Below are positions 47,859-62,385 of a stretch of 64,000 nt of DNA, piece after piece (the stretch's first letter is position 1; each line of letters starts with the position of its first letter). The DNA is from Cirrosporium novae-zelandiae. Lineage: Eukaryota. The stretch covers positions 1,178,001-1,242,000 of the forward strand of contig JAPETS010000003.1 in assembly GCA_026023565.1 (NCBI GenBank), written 5' to 3'. The notes below the pieces were generated by a model. It ran no database searches. It worked only from the letters and a program-made list of their open reading frames with translations, and had not been told where the DNA came from. The translations under genes and the position numbers were made by a program.

Positions 47859-50583
47859 CTACAACACTTCTCCCACGATCTTCGCTGCCTCTCTGTACGT
47901 CTTCAACAACCTCTCGCATTTTTCCCTTTCTTGCCTCACGCCCTCATCTTCGTAGAGTAATTCTCCAAACATATCTTCTCTGTATAGTGAACTTACTAAC
48001 TGGTTCTGCACCGCATCTTTCGAAAAATTTACTAGAAGGTGCATGACAGCCTTGGGAACTTGATCAGCAATCGTTTCGCGCACAATATTGAAGTATGAAG
48101 AGATGAGGCGGCGGATAAGCTCAGTCTCGAGAGCCTCGCGTTCGGTCAGTTGAGGAGCATCGTAGTCAAGAGCAGCTAAGGGGTGAGTGGAGGTGGTAGG
48201 AGAAACGGGGTGTTGCTATTAATTACACATAAAGGTTAGCAAACATCACAACATATAGAGAACCACTTAGAGATAAGGGGGCTTACAAAAGGTGGTGCTA
48301 AGTCAAATTCCTTGTTGGCCCTTCCCGTAGCTTCGTATTCATCGGCTACTGAATATGCACTCTGGCTTGGCCTTCTGGCCCTGCCATTCTCTGTTGGGCG
48401 AATACTGCCCGAAAAACTTGGCTCCATCGTCTGGCCCATATGTCTAGCATTCAGACTAGGATTTGCACTGTGCATCCCTCCAATAGTGGCATTTGCACCT
48501 ATTGAAGCGCCATTGCCATCTTTGCCCTCCTTGCCAAAGAAATAGTTGAGGAAGGTGTTGCTTCCACTGGGATCGCGTTGCAGGTGTGGTGATGCAGATC
48601 GTGAGCCATTAATGGCAGCAATTCCATTTTCAGTGGTACGAGCGCTGAGAGCGGATCCTGGGCGACCAGATTTCGCGGTTCGCACGGCGAGGGTCTGCAG
48701 TTTTTGTGTTTGTTGCTGAGTATCGTCAATAACAGATTCTCCGTCTTCTTCAGGTGTTTCGACACCGTTGACTGCACCATTATTGAGATCTTTCATGCGC
48801 CTGTTACGTTTTCGTCGCTCCTCAAGTGCAGCAGCTTGTGCAGCCTTTTGTTCCTTCTCCTTTTTATCTTGTACAACAGAGGACATAGCAGCAGCTGCAC
48901 CAAGGAAATTAGGATGGTTCGTGTTGATGTAGGCTCGTTGAATGGCAATAAGAGACTCAACGTATGACGAACAGGGACCAAGGCGCTCACGGAGAAGCTC
49001 AGAGACAACTTCGATGAGCTTGGCTTGGAGGCGGGGGAAACGTGCCAGTTCATTGGAGCCACATGTGTGGCCAATCTTTATGAGTTCCTCGTATACAAGT
49101 TCGACACATCGCTGACTTGGAACTTCTAGTAATTTGATTTGGGGTCTGACAAGGAGATCAAATGCCAGCTCCGGGACGAAGAGACTAGGTCGTGGTCCAG
49201 TCGAGTTTCGTATTGCAGTCCGAATGTCCATAATGGAGAGATTGGTGTTTGGGTCAATTGTTTCGAGGGAATTACCGAAAACCGAGTTAAAGATATAATA
49301 TATTCGTGCACCACCACAAAGCTCTTTTGTGGAGATCTCAGAAGAGGTACCATCGATGGAAGAAATGAATGATGAGGCATATCGAGTCATCAACTGTAGA
49401 ATTAAAGAGCCTCGATGTTCCTTTCCGCTGAACTGTGCAACGTCTCCATAGCTCGCGAGCTCTTGCTGGGTCTGGCCCATGAGAGTATTTAGCCGTGCCT
49501 TGATATCGGGAAGACGGTCCCTAATGTGAGCCATAAGGGTCGTATTCAGACTCTTAGCCAAGAAATGGGTTCCACATCTATTGGCCATATTCCGGTATGC
49601 GGGATGGTGTCTGAAAAACTCCTCCTCCGCCCTTAAAGCTTCAGCCAAAGGTTTGTGGGTTTGAATGTCTTGTTGCGACCGATTTACAATGCCGATAAAG
49701 CCCAACTTAAGGGGATATACACGACCTGAAAGGATATCCATTGCGTTCGTCCCATGGTCCATAAGGTCTAGCTTCGTCAGCACACCAATAGTTCTTTTGC
49801 CAGCCGGGTCAACCTGTCGTGCGAGCTTCAGCGCTTCCGAATTTACAATATCCACATTGGCTGGCGACACTGCAAGTATGATGCTATTTGGTTTTGCGAT
49901 ATATTCTGAAATAAGAGATCTTGTCTGCCGTTCGATATCTGAAGGTTGATCTCCAATGGGTACTTTCGTCAAACCAGGTAAATCCACCAACGTTAAATTC
50001 AGGACATGAGGGGAGTAAATCTTCAAGTTTATGGGTTGTCGGTTGATCCCCTTGTTATTCCCTGCTATTCTTGCTGTCTCATTCTCGATTTCCTGTCTCA
50101 CCTCATCGAAGTCGTAGAATTTGCGCCCTGGCATATGATGGAACTCAGCCCATTCACCTTGGCCTGCTACGCTTGCAGCAGTATGGGGAATATGTACTTC
50201 ATCATCTTCAGGTCTATCCTCTCGTTCGCTTGGAACGTTGATCAGTTGAAGAATCAAAGGGCGTCGTGTTACAATTCCACTACCCCGAGGAAGGAAATCT
50301 CTGCCAACGATATTCTCAAGAACGGATGATTTTCCAGATGATTGGGAACCGACGACCACCTGAATAACAAAGTATAGTTAGCAAATGGTGATCCCTATAG
50401 GTTCGCTGTAGAATCGAATTCATCAATTTCAAAATGGATCGGAAAGTCTGGAGAAAGTGGAGGGCGGAGGAGGAGGGGAGGTACAATCTGTGGGAGATCA
50501 AGAGAATCATTGCCGATAGTATTGAAGACTAAATCCTGCAACTTGTTGACTGTTCCGAGCAAATCATCCCCTAATGAAGCCAT
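47859..50583 (-). CDS. DNM1: Dynamin-related mitochondrial fission GTPase
   Basis: LDLPQI|VVVGSQSSGKSS, PRGSGIVTRRP, DLPG, TKLD, ELCGGARIYYIF, insert B and GED (ADQVPKAVMHLLVN). Confidence 0.96.
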
Positions 50584-51350
50584 GATGGTTGATGTCTAGG
50601 GGCGAATTGCCCGTCACGGGGGAGCTCGGGACCTTGGTTATGAGAAAGTATTTAGTTCGGATGAAGTCGTTGAGTTGGCTTTTCTTTCCTTTGCAACCAA
50701 ATACTGCCACCGATGGAGAGTTATTGAGTTATTTAGAGGGGAGAGGTGGCTAGCAAGGGACAATAAAATATTTGGGGGAGGTGAAAGACTTTTTGGCAGT
50801 TGACTAAGGTCAGGCGGGAAAAGGAAGAGAGGAAAGTCTTCTTGGTTATTCAAAATCCGTTTTCCTATTGTTTTGGTTTTCGCCGACAGCAGGATTGACC
50901 GACCGAGGAACTAAGGAAGTAACTCGTTGTGCTTCAATGATTGGCTCCTTAGCTCCTTGGGCTCCGTGGGCTTTTTTTCTTAAGGCTCTCTAAGGCTCTC
51001 GTTGTGGGCTCCCATGGCCCCAGTGCTCCAGTGCCCCATAACCCGGGTCAAATAATTTTCCATCTAATTACTGTGTACGTTGTAGTTACTGTACCGTTAA
51101 TTCAAGTTGTCTGTCAGCCTCTTCTCCTTCTTTTTCTTCTAGAAAGTAACAGTAACCACCTTCCCGCTGTATTCATTGTGACGTCGAACATTTCAGACCC
51201 ATGGACCATCATATGAGGGGTATTCGTACAACGTAGTCTAGATCTATCAATTATCTATTTATCTCTATTTTTATCGCTTCTATCCATCCTGTAGGCAATT
51301 CACCCAACAAATCACTACCCTTACAACTAAAATTACTACTAACCATCAAA

Positions 51351-52444
51351 ATGGTTATTCTAAAACCTCCTCTCCTCATCCTCTTACTCACTCTTCAGTT
51401 CTTCGTTTACGGTCTGGTCATTGATCGACAACAACAGCAGCAACAGTCTATACATGAAGAGAAGAACTCGCGTGCTATTATGATCCTTCAAGCGTGAGAA
51501 TCTCCTAAGCATTTACTATCAATTGCTCTGGAAATAAAAGCTTGTAATCGAGAGGTGGATTGAATTTGTCCTCACCGCTCCCTCGATTCTCTTATAGTGG
51601 TGGCTTACTTTCACATGAAACATATTCTTCTTATCTTTTCTCAACTAACATCTAGCAGTCTAAGGGCCGCCCGTATCATTCCAGATGTTCTACCAACCTC
51701 TTTTGTTCCCTCCCACTCCGTTGTCCTTACCTATCCTCAATGGCACAACGACGTGGACCTTGGGAGGCGACTCCACCCCAAACATCTCCAGGAACCCCCG
51801 GCTTTCGTGATCATTCCCTTTAACAGTGCCAATGACACGGTGGATAAAATATACACACTCATCCTCACCGATCCAGATGCTCCGAGCAGGAGTAACCCTA
51901 AGTGGAGTGAGATATGCCATTGGATAGCTACCAACATTACTGTCGCAGGATTGCCTGAATTTCAAGATGGCGACATGAGGATTCTGGGTGTAGATCTAGA
52001 ACCCACCATAGGCCAATTGATTGATTATATGCCTCCATCCCCACCACCAAACACGGGGTTTCATAGATATGTGTTTGTATTACTGGAGGGAAGCATAGAT
52101 CAAGTACTCAAGGCTCCTCAGGAAAGGAAACATTGGGGGTATGGAAAGAAGAGGCATGGAGTCAGAGATTGGGCTAAGGATAATGAGCTTAAACCTGTTG
52201 GTAAGTGGACTCCATTGATTTAAACTGAAAACTTCTACACGGTCATACTATTCCCGGCTCAGCAGCCTAGCGAGGTGAACGGGAACTTGGGGCTCTGAAT
52301 GCAAACCCACTAAATCCACTCGAGACTTTCCTAGCGTACTGAATGCAAAAGTTAGTTGAAGAATAGTAGACATGCTGATAATGGATTCTTCTAGGAGCAA
52401 ACTTCTTCTATGCACGAAACGAGGAGTACTACATTACCAATTAA
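51351..52444 (+). CDS. PEBP-family protein (Tfs1/CPY-inhibitor-like) with signal peptide; 3 exons
   Basis: Exon 1 MVILKPPLLILLLTLQFFVYG (51351-51493); exon 2 has IIPDVL, LTDPDAPSR, CHWI, YMPPSPP..GFHRYVFVL; exon 3 52395-52444 is GANFFYARN..*. Confidence 0.88.
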
Positions 52445-52703
52445 TAGTTCGCCTTTTTATTTATTCAAATCAAAACAAAACAAAACAAAACAAAACAGGG
52501 CATTGAAATTATATGGACGAATTAGCCATCGTTTTGTATTGCTTAGGTTGCTAGGGATTGATTCTATGTGCATGAAAGCCCAAATCCGAGGTCTGAGAAC
52601 AAGGACCAACTTTTCTCCATCAGGGCCTACGCTATCATCGGGAATAGGGAGGAACGAGAAAATACACATCCACCAACAACAAAAGTTAGGAAATTTGATA
52701 CGT

Positions 52704-55374
52704 TTATTCATCCAGTTGCACATAATTGGCAGGGAATAACCCTGTTTTTCCTTCGTATTCACCGAACCACCAGTCCTCATCCGGGAATTCCTGTATTTTG
52801 AGTCAATTTAAGATGAACGTCAAGTAAAGGTAATAGTTGAACTTACAACATTGAGAATCTTTGCACCTTCAGGGAAGGAAAGCTCGTTCTCCTCTGCAGC
52901 ATCATAATCATAAAGGGATGTTGCAGTAGGTCCTTGGGCTTCAGTACCTTCAGGAGCTGGGGGGCCGGCCGGAGGGGCAGATTCTGCAGCTGGAGCTGGA
53001 GGTTGCTCTTCTTCATCCGCCACCAGCTCGACATAATTGCTAGGGAAGAGGCCTGTCTCGCCCTGTGCGTTCGTACCCATCCACCAATCCTCGTCAACCA
53101 TGTCGATGTTGGTCACATATTCGCCTTCTTTTAATTCGATCTCATTGTCTTCGGCTTTCTCGTAGTCGTATTGGACAAGAGCATTTTTGTTACCAGCCGG
53201 GACTTGGGATTCAATGGTTTCCTCTGGTTCGTCGTGAAGTGCAACAGCAGCAGCAGCACCAACAGCAACCCCTCCCAAAGCAGCAGCCCCTATCGCGGCT
53301 GCACGGCCAGGATCTGGACCGGCTTCAGACTCATCTGATACCGTCTCATGGGGAATAGCTCGCGCGATTGATTGCGTTGGTATGGGTGGTGGAGGCGAAT
53401 ATTGTTCTTCATGGGCGTCCTCAACGGGAGCAGATGCTGAAACGGGATGAGCGATACGAATTGGAGAGCTTGGTTGTATTTCGGGTGTCGGTGGAGTAGG
53501 ACTCCTCGGTACTTGCGGAGGTGTAGGGATTCTAGGAGGTTCCTCTTCTTCCTGTGGTACAGCAGGGCGGGTAGGAAGGCCAGGCATGGGAATACCTCGG
53601 CCAGCATTCGGTTTGCTTGACGTGTCAAGTGCAGGAGGCTCTGGTACCGAAGGAGCAGCATGTGTAATAGGAGCGGTAGCACCCATTGGCGGCTGACCAG
53701 CAAATCGATCACGAATAGATGAGATACCTCCAGCTGGGGAAGCTGGAGCCTCTCGCTCCTCTTCTTGTGGACCCGTCCTCTGTTGTTCGACGCTGCTTGT
53801 ACCAGATTTTCCAGTATGAGTTATTTGGACGGGTGCCCAGCTCTTTCCTGTATAGCCACTTTTCCACTCGCCACTTGGCTGGGCCTTGATAGGAGAAGCT
53901 TGCGCACCAGAAGAAGTAGGTGACTGGGCTGATCCACTCATTCCACGTTCACGAGCCTTCTTTTCTGCCCAAATTTGAGCAGGAGTTTTTCCACCTTGAT
54001 CAGCAAAAGTTCGGCTTGCCGCTCCAACAGGCGCTGCTACAGGGGGGGGCTTAGCAGAGAAACCTCCTGGTGTAGGAGCTTTGGTACCAGTAAATGCATT
54101 AGCTCCAGACCCGAATTTATGTGCTACCTTCGGCTTTGGAAGAGTGGTCAAACGCTCCGAAGCATTGAACGCAACTGATCTTTCAGCGAGGGATCTAGAA
54201 GGCTCTTCTGTGCTACGGCTCGAACTTCCAGTTGCTGTTGATAGCATAGGAGAAGGTTCCTCTGAAGGTTTTTGGGCTCGCGCTCGAATTGCAGCAATGT
54301 CAACTTTACCAACTGGTTCATATGCACCTTTCACAATCACTGGCCGATCATCATGGACTGCGCCTGATTCTTTGGCCTGCCTCCTAATGGCCCCAATGTC
54401 CACTTTCCCGATCGGTTGGTAGCCCCCTTTTACTACATCGTTCTGGCCATTGTTCTCGTTTTCTCTGCTGCTGAATCTCGCAGGCTCCTGCTTCTGTGAT
54501 GTAAGTTCCCTCATGTTAACTTTCGTTGGCTTATATGCCGGTTGCACTTTCTCTAGCTGGGTCCGAGTGACAGGAGGTGCATCTTCACCCCAACCATCTC
54601 CATCTACCTTTGTATTAGATGCTGCAAAATTCCTTGCTCCCCCGAGCGGTTTAAAACCACCTACACCTCCAGTACTTCTTGTTGGGGTGAACACAGGCTT
54701 AGATGTAACTGGTGGAGTTGGACCAGGTCTACTTGATACTGGGGCGGCAGTGCCTGCAGAGTATTTTGCCCCAGAAGCATCGGCCACTTTTTGTACAATA
54801 CCCTCAGGAGTAAGGTCGCTATCAGAGCGAGCAGTAATCTGGACATGGTAACCCTAGTTTACCCGTAAGTTTTTGTTTAGTAGGTTTAGTAGGCAGCATA
54901 GCGCCAAGAGTTCGTACATGAAGTGTTTTCGAGACGGCAGCAAGATGGCTGGTAAAATAGCCCTTTGTTCGTTCAGGAACACCTTCTCCGCACCATCCTA
55001 TGAGTACATTCTTAGGCAGACCAGTATTTGGGTCTTTGACTTTGACGTATCCGAATTGTATTCTACCATCCGAAAACTCGTCAATCAGATCAACCAATTC
55101 GCCTTCTGTTTAAGGTAGAAGAATGGTTAATATTGGTTTCTGAAGGGAAAAGGAGTATAGGCTTACCACCAGTGCTTTGCACTTTGAGAACGCTTTCCTT
55201 ATTGCCTGCATCCTGCTGGAATGCAGTGACTAAAGGAGCGGAGACAGAGAACACAGCCCAATTCCCATATGTAGGAGATTGTGCAGCAGGACCGGCAGGA
55301 GGCGGAGAATTAACGACAGCCTGATAGCTTTTGGAGATCAAAGGCCCGTTGGTTGAAAGATTCAATGTTGACAT
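52704..55374 (-). CDS. ABP1: Actin-binding protein Abp1 (ADF-H domain plus two SH3)
   Basis: ADF-H (FSDGRIQFGYVKV..IGWCGEGVPERTKG), KGGYQPIGKVDI repeats, SH3 ALVQYDYEKAEDNE..GLFPSNYV, and a second SH3 completed by the last exon EFPDEDWW..GLFPANYVQLDE*. Confidence 0.95.
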
Positions 55375-55669
55375 CGCTCCCTCAGAACCCGACGGAGAGT
55401 GGTGACGGTGGTAGTGAATAGATTGGAAACAATTTAGATAATAAAACTTTGAGAGAGATTGGTATCCAAAGCGCTTTCATGCAGCCCTAGACCTCAGATA
55501 TGGAAAGAAAATATGGAAGTCAGAACAGGACCTTCTATTTCGGAAGCGGTCGAAGTTCTCGTAGAAGGTGCCTGGAATACCATACATTTACTTGATGCCA
55601 CTGCTGAGTTAGCATTGGAGGGACGTAATACGAACACGTGATTTACTATTTGTTACCCAAAAACCAGTG

Positions 55670-55719
55670 TGGGGCTGTACGTACAGTGTAAAATATACGG
55701 TGGACTGTGTACAGCCCCA
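55670..55719. repeat. Short inverted repeat / hairpin
   Basis: TGGGGCTGTAC and GTACAGCCCCA form 11 perfect pairs, extended by ACAGT/ACTGT. Confidence 0.7.
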
Positions 55720-57060
55720 ATGATGGCAAGCTTACTCTTTTTCACTAATTACTCATTAATCCTACTTGTAGTAAGATTATTTAAATAAACCTATTTTAAC
55801 CATAGTAGAGCCTTGGTATTTTAACGGCATTTTCGATTATTGTTATTAGTCTAGCACGCTCGATAATTATATACTGTAAAAATGGTAAAACCGTTGAAAC
55901 GAATGACGCAGAATACACCAAATGAAGCTAGTCTTAATTAGTCATCATAATTGACTCCGAGATGAAGAAGTACGGAGTGTACGGATACCGACAGGGACAC
56001 GTAGTCTAACATTTGAACAAGTAATGAATGTATTCTAATACCTAATACCAACTTCCCTCACAATACGACCATCAACTCTTACAGTTCTATACATACTTTA
56101 TATACTATGAGACATTATCAAATGTAGTGAAACCCTCGACTAAATCCAAAGTATTTTGAAAAATAAAATAAAAAATAAAATGAAAGATTTCTTGATATTT
56201 GCTTCTTTTATGACTAGTTCGTTGTCATTTAACTATTAGGGTCCAGTGACCTAAGGAACCACCGAAAGACAAGGGATGAAGCTTTTAGGCCTCAAGATCA
56301 AAGGGTCAAAACACCATTCATTGCAAAAAAATCAAATCGTAAGGCACCTTGGACCCATCAATGCTGCATAGCAACATGGTCATAGAGCCAATGATGGGGA
56401 AAGCAAGATCAGGGCGAACTAGCGAAAAGAAACGGCAATGGCCGCTTCAAAGGTGGTCGAGAAAGAGGGACCACTGGAACCCCCAGAAACTCAAGGGCCG
56501 AAGGGATCACATGCTGTGAAGGTAAAAAGAACTGGCTGGCCCATGGCTCTCTTTGGAACACCTTAACATCCTTTTCTCTGTTACTTGAAAAAACCTCTCC
56601 CCCAAACCTCTTTTCCTCTCCTATCTCCCATTTTCCATTCCAACTCTCTTCATCAACGCTTATGCCAGGACTTATCTACTCACCAGCAAAAAAAACTTGG
56701 CGCATTTCCGCAATCTAACCTTCGCGCACCTTATCGCCATTATCCATTCGCCTTCAACTGCTGAAGTTTCATCGTCTAGCTGGATACTTCGCTCGAGAAG
56801 TCTCGAGAACCCCCTTCACTTTCCTTCGACGAAGTGAGATCTCGACTTTCGCAAGGCTTGATCTTCTTCGCCGTCTGACCTTATTTCCCGTCTTGTACTT
56901 CTGTTTCCTTCTCTCACACTTTGTGCGACATTTTCCATGTTCGCTGGTTTGTCCATAGTTTACTGATGCTGGAGGCCCAACCCGTTTGATTAGGATTTTC
57001 CAGAGGTTTCCGGCTTCCGATTTCCTCCATCAAAATTCCAGCTAGTTTTTTTTGGTCGAC

Positions 57061-60000
57061 ATGCATAGTCCTCCTGATTCTCCGGCTAGCCATGGATCAT
57101 CCTCTTCTAACTTTTACGGCGCATCAGAGAACAACGATGGAAACCAAGGATTTTCCACAACTACGGATAACGCACCTTGTGGTACAGGACAAGTTTCAAT
57201 TCTAGGAAGAGATAGCATTGGTGATGCCAATCGAAGAACCTCCCTTTCCACGAATGATGCCTATGCTGCAGCCTTTAGTCCAAGTCCTAGGAACACTGAG
57301 ATGGAGATGAGTGAGAGAACCGCAACAGCCTCTCCCGATACAAGTGGAACGAATAAACAGGTTGGTGCCGACAGTTCAGACCAAACAAGAAAGCGCAAAC
57401 GTATTGAGTCGCGTGATGATACATCTTCCCAAAATACGCTCTTGGAAGGCTCGTCGCCAGATGAGGCAAGCTATAGGCAAGCCTTTCCAGGCCATGACCA
57501 GCTTGGTGAGGGACAAGATACTATACAGAAGCGACTCAAGGTTGAACAGCCACTTGAGCGCACATCCTTGATGCAGACTACCCCACATCCGCTTCCGGTG
57601 AACAGATCTGAACTTCCAATGGAGATCTGGCAGTTCATATTTACCTTTGTTCCACCTGTGTTCCTTGGTCGTCTGTTACGTGTCAACCGGGCTTTTAACA
57701 AATGTCTATCGTTGAGGTTGGATGAACAATCCAATCATTCATCTCATTCTTCTGGTGCTCTTAAGCTCCGTGACTCTGAGTCTATTTGGAAAGCTTCCCG
57801 CTCTCTTTGGTGTCCTGGGATGCCCAAACCGCTTTCTCATCTAAAAGAGATCGACATCTGGCGGTTAGTATGTGGGCGAAGTTGCCAATTCTGTGGGAAA
57901 ACCGGGCTTCCCCCGGTCCCTTCTGTTTCTATATCGCCTTGGACGGCAGGTCCTGGTGAGAGTGATGTACGAGTTATCTGGCCTTTTAGTGTCCGCAGCT
58001 GTGGCCCGTGTCTCATGGAACGAGCACAGAAGGTAAGTCATGGGTCCCATTTATTCACGTAGCCAACATTCGAACCTGACTTCATATTAGGATCTTGATG
58101 CCCTGCTTTCCCCGACCACCCCTTCTTTTCTTCTCCCAGCCTTGCCTTTCGCCTTAATAACACCAGCCATGCATGTCGTCTCTCCAGAAACAATCCGCAG
58201 CTCAGATACACCGTCGGACGTGGTCATGACAAAATATTACTTAAAAGAACACATCGATGATGTTAAGAAGGAGTTGGAAGAGGTCAAGGGTATGGGTACT
58301 GGAACAGCTGAAGAATTTATGAAGGGGTTAGAGCAGAGGGGAAAAGACAAGATGACTGATGCTGCTCGCTGGGAACAATGGGAATCTAATGGTGGTTTAC
58401 GTACTATCAATTCTAGGCAAAATGCCAAACGCCCTGCTGGAGGTTCATTAAGTATAAAGTCAGCTGCAAGCATGCCTACGGATGATCGCTCAGGTCAATC
58501 AACTCCAGCTTCTAGTGACCCCTTTGTCGGGAGAATGACTCAAGCCGGAAGTCCTACTGGCAGTCAGGGATACACAGGGTCCTCCGCCCCTAGCCAAAGC
58601 AATGGTATGTATAATGTTCATTTGATACAATATAGCCCAGAACCCTCGGTTACTGATTCTTAATATTAGGATTCGGTCTCCCTCCCCGTCCTTCAAATTC
58701 GCCCACCCAGCCAGCCTTTCAACATCAGTCTCATAGCTCCTTCCAACAACGCTCTGAACGGACTCTTCGCGATGTCAATGAGGCAAAAGCCAACCGCAGA
58801 GCAGAAATCGAGAGAAGGTGTATGGAGCTCGACCCTCCGCTTGCACCTAGCCTGCTTAACCATATGGAGTCGTTTCAGGCTGCAATGTTGATCGGGACAC
58901 CCCTCACTGACTCGGCGTGGGAGGTATTGAAACCTAGGCTATTGGCCCAAAGGGAGGTAGCTGAACGTCGCGAGAATGAACGTCTTTTACAAACTCAACT
59001 TCTCCAAGCTAAGACCGAAGAACGACGCCAACAAGAAGCTCAAATCAAAGAAGCCAAGGAAGCATTGGACCGAGAGTGGGAGGAAATGCAAAAACCTGTT
59101 CGAGATCGTATTGCCCTTTATGCTGATGAAATCATTCGTGACCAGTGGCAAGAAGGCAAGCTTGTTACAAAAGAAACAAGTCCCAAATTTGCAGCAGATG
59201 TATTAATGTATGTTCGCCAAAAATTCTATACTGACGTGGCCCGCGAGGGTTCTCAGGCTCAGTCGACTGGAGACTCGGTGCATGATGAAATTCTTTCTGG
59301 ACATCCAGTCCGGAAGCTGGTATTAGAAAACATGAAATGGATCTTTGATACCAAAATCAAGCCCATAACAGAGCAATTCCAGAAGGAACTTTTCCTTTGC
59401 AACGGTTGTGAGAATATCATCAAGTTCTATGGGTTTGAGGGAGTTGTCCAGCATTATGCCGCAAAGCATACAAACATCCTAAGTCTAGGTAGTGTTGTTG
59501 TCCATTGGCGCGCTGAATGGCCGGAAGTTACTCCATTTCATCCCAATCCCAGCGCGGCTAAGGCGATGTTTTATAGGGTTCCAACTCCTGCCCAAGGCCA
59601 AGCTAGCTATCCCCTTCAGCCTCCGGCTCCTTATGGTGGTTATGGACGTGGACCTGAATCTGGTCCGTCACTCATGCATCCTGGGCCATCGGGGTATCCA
59701 CCTAGCCAGAATTCCTTCAATGGTCCACCCTATAACAATATGTTTCCGCGGCAGTCAGCATCATATGAACCGCCAAGTCCACTCATGTACCAAAGCCCAA
59801 TCCCTTCCTACAATCAGCTCCCAACAAACCCATACCCACTTCAAGGGACCCAAAATTCTTATGGATACCCAGGCCCTACTCCGGGATTCAATGGACCAAA
59901 CAATAATTATGATGCCTATCGAGCGCCGCCGCCGCAGCATCCTGTATGGGGTTCACCATATCCTGCTCATTATCAATTACCTGTTGCTCCCCAGCATGGA

Positions 60001-62385
60001 CCCCCTAATGCTTATCCATCACAAGTTCCTTACGGTCAACCTCTAGCCCCACCTCAAGTCCAACAAAACCCTTATATCTCACAACACCCTCCTGCTCCAG
60101 TGCCACTTGGAATCCAGAGTCAAGGAATTGGTCCTCAGCCTAGAGGGATATATCAATTCCATTTGGATGAGGTAACAAAGAATGCCAGAGATGTTTGGCA
60201 TGCTATTTCCGGCATCAAGGATTTACCCGGTAGTATTCGAATTTATGTGGTTATTCACCATATGGCTCTCCGCTTCAAGACCAAGTTAATGATTGAACCG
60301 AGCTTGGCAATATTTACTGATGGACTCAACAATAATCCCTTAATGAAGCCAATCAGGAATCTCCATGGATTGGCTTGTAAAGCCTGCGTGACTAATGGCA
60401 ACAGTTTATCTATCCCAGTTCCTTCTATTTCAAATGGCATTACAGGTGACAGGAAACTGTACACTCTTCCTTCTCTTCTTAGCCATTTTCAGTCAGTTCA
60501 TATTGAGCATGCCAAACCCCCTGTTGTTCCACAGAGTGGCATCGAAACCCCAAGACTTGACTGGAAAGTTGACATGATAGAACTACCAGAGGAGCAGTTT
60601 ATAGCCAATTTGGTCAATGCGCCAGGAATGGATGATGAAAAATTGCGTCTTATCGCAACCGTTTTCCCCCGGGTCTTTCCAAATCCTTTGCCAAAAGTCA
60701 ACCTTAGTAGCCATTCTGGGCCTGTACCAATCCTTAAAGAAGAAGAACCCGAGCAACCCTTAGTCAAAGCTTTACCTTCCGCCATAGGCTCTGTTACCCA
60801 TGTCAATTCTCCTCACCGGTCCAGGAGCAGAGTACCTGAATCTATACAGTCCCGTCCGCATACTACTCGAGGACAACGTGCAGAGATATCCATTGAAGGA
60901 TTTCCACGCTTCATCGATTCCCCTTATGATAGGAGCGGACCAGCATCTGAGCCTGGTGAGGATGAATATGATCCCCATAGACCAGCATACATTGAACCCG
61001 TCCGAGATCGCAATGGACAAGTCCAAATTCACCACTTACCTTCAGAACGGATACCTAATCGTTATAGTGAGAGGCCTTCGATCATATCTCGGAAGCAGAA
61101 CGATCGTCTAAGGGCGACTCCGGTACGCACTAACCCCCCCTTCTTTAGTCCCCATTCTGGTGCTGATGACGGTTAATTCATTTAGCCTTTAATATCCTCA
61201 AAACGCCCAGCTTCATCTCAAACACGGAGAAGCTTCCAAACAACTGAGCAAAGCGTGATCTTAAGTGGAGAACCATTAGAAAAGAAGCAACTCAAATCTC
61301 CTATCAAGAAGGACCTCTCAACAAGTCATCAAAATGTTTCAGAAGATGGCGAAGTTGGCGAGAGCTCACCAGAGACTAAGCCCAGGGCCGAGCCGGGTTC
61401 CCCTCCGCCTGAACTAAGTGATGCCGAGAAGTTCCTGAATGATTTTGCTCCGGTTCAAAACATAGAAGAGTATCAGAAGCCTATACCAGCCGAAGGTCAG
61501 AGGGAGGATTCTAGGGCTGAGATTCGCTTCAGGCGGGTTGGTCCTCAAGTTGACCGCGAGATGAGCGAACGACGAAGGATGACACCTGGAGAATCACGAG
61601 AACAAAATGCGGGTGGCCGGAACTTTTCTGGTAGTTTTGGTGAGAACACTCGGGCTGGTGTTATTCACCTAGAACCTCAGAATGGTTATTCAGGTCGAGG
61701 CAGAAACTCGGCCCCTGTCCACATATATGACCAACATGGTGACGATAGGTATGAACGTGTTTATCAGGCGCCTACAAGAGCAGGTGAACAGTCACCTGAA
61801 CCAATCACCATACGCAATGGTTCTGGATATATCGATGAACCTCGTGGTCGAGAACAAGCCACTGGGCGACAACAGCATGGTAGACGTGATAGATACGGGT
61901 CACAGCGGTTTCAAGAATATTCAAGTCGCTCAAGATCCCCGACGTCACGAAATGCGCAACCTGAGGGAGGAACCTTTTATCGCGATAGGAGTCCTTCTAC
62001 GATACCGACTCGTGCTCCAGTTTATCGACAGCTTTCTCCAGAAGCTACTTCTCGCCGACATGCAGAAGAATCTATTACATACACACGTGGCCCTCCACCA
62101 CCCGAATATGGATATGTCGATGACGCCAGATATTATGACACTTATGGCAGACAGATCGAATATGTGCGATATGCTCCTCACGATCCGCAGCCTCCAGGAA
62201 CCTATGTCATTGAACGTCGGTTACCTCAGGATGCCCCCGCAGAGTACGTTACTTATGAAGATGGGTTCAGCAGAGAACGCATTTACGAGCACAACGGCCA
62301 ATACTACAAAGCTGAACCAAGATATTATGACGAAAGAGATCCACGATATGCCCCACCATCGGGCAGGCAGGTCAGGTACCAATAG
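57061..62385 (+). CDS. Large F-box-like protein with Cys/His zinc-binding motifs and a disordered tail, 4 exons
   Basis: F-box-like LPMEIWQFIFTFVPPVFLGRLLRV; CQFC..CGPC; CNGC..QHYAAKH; CKAC..SHFQSVH. Introns ~58033-58090, ~58605-58670 and ~61123-61186. Confidence 0.8.

Noticed and set aside
12678..50583. Several mitochondria-related genes (COX17, BNIP3-like, MRPL37, DNM1) in one window
   Set aside because: Widely spaced and interleaved with unrelated housekeeping genes; no evidence of a cluster.
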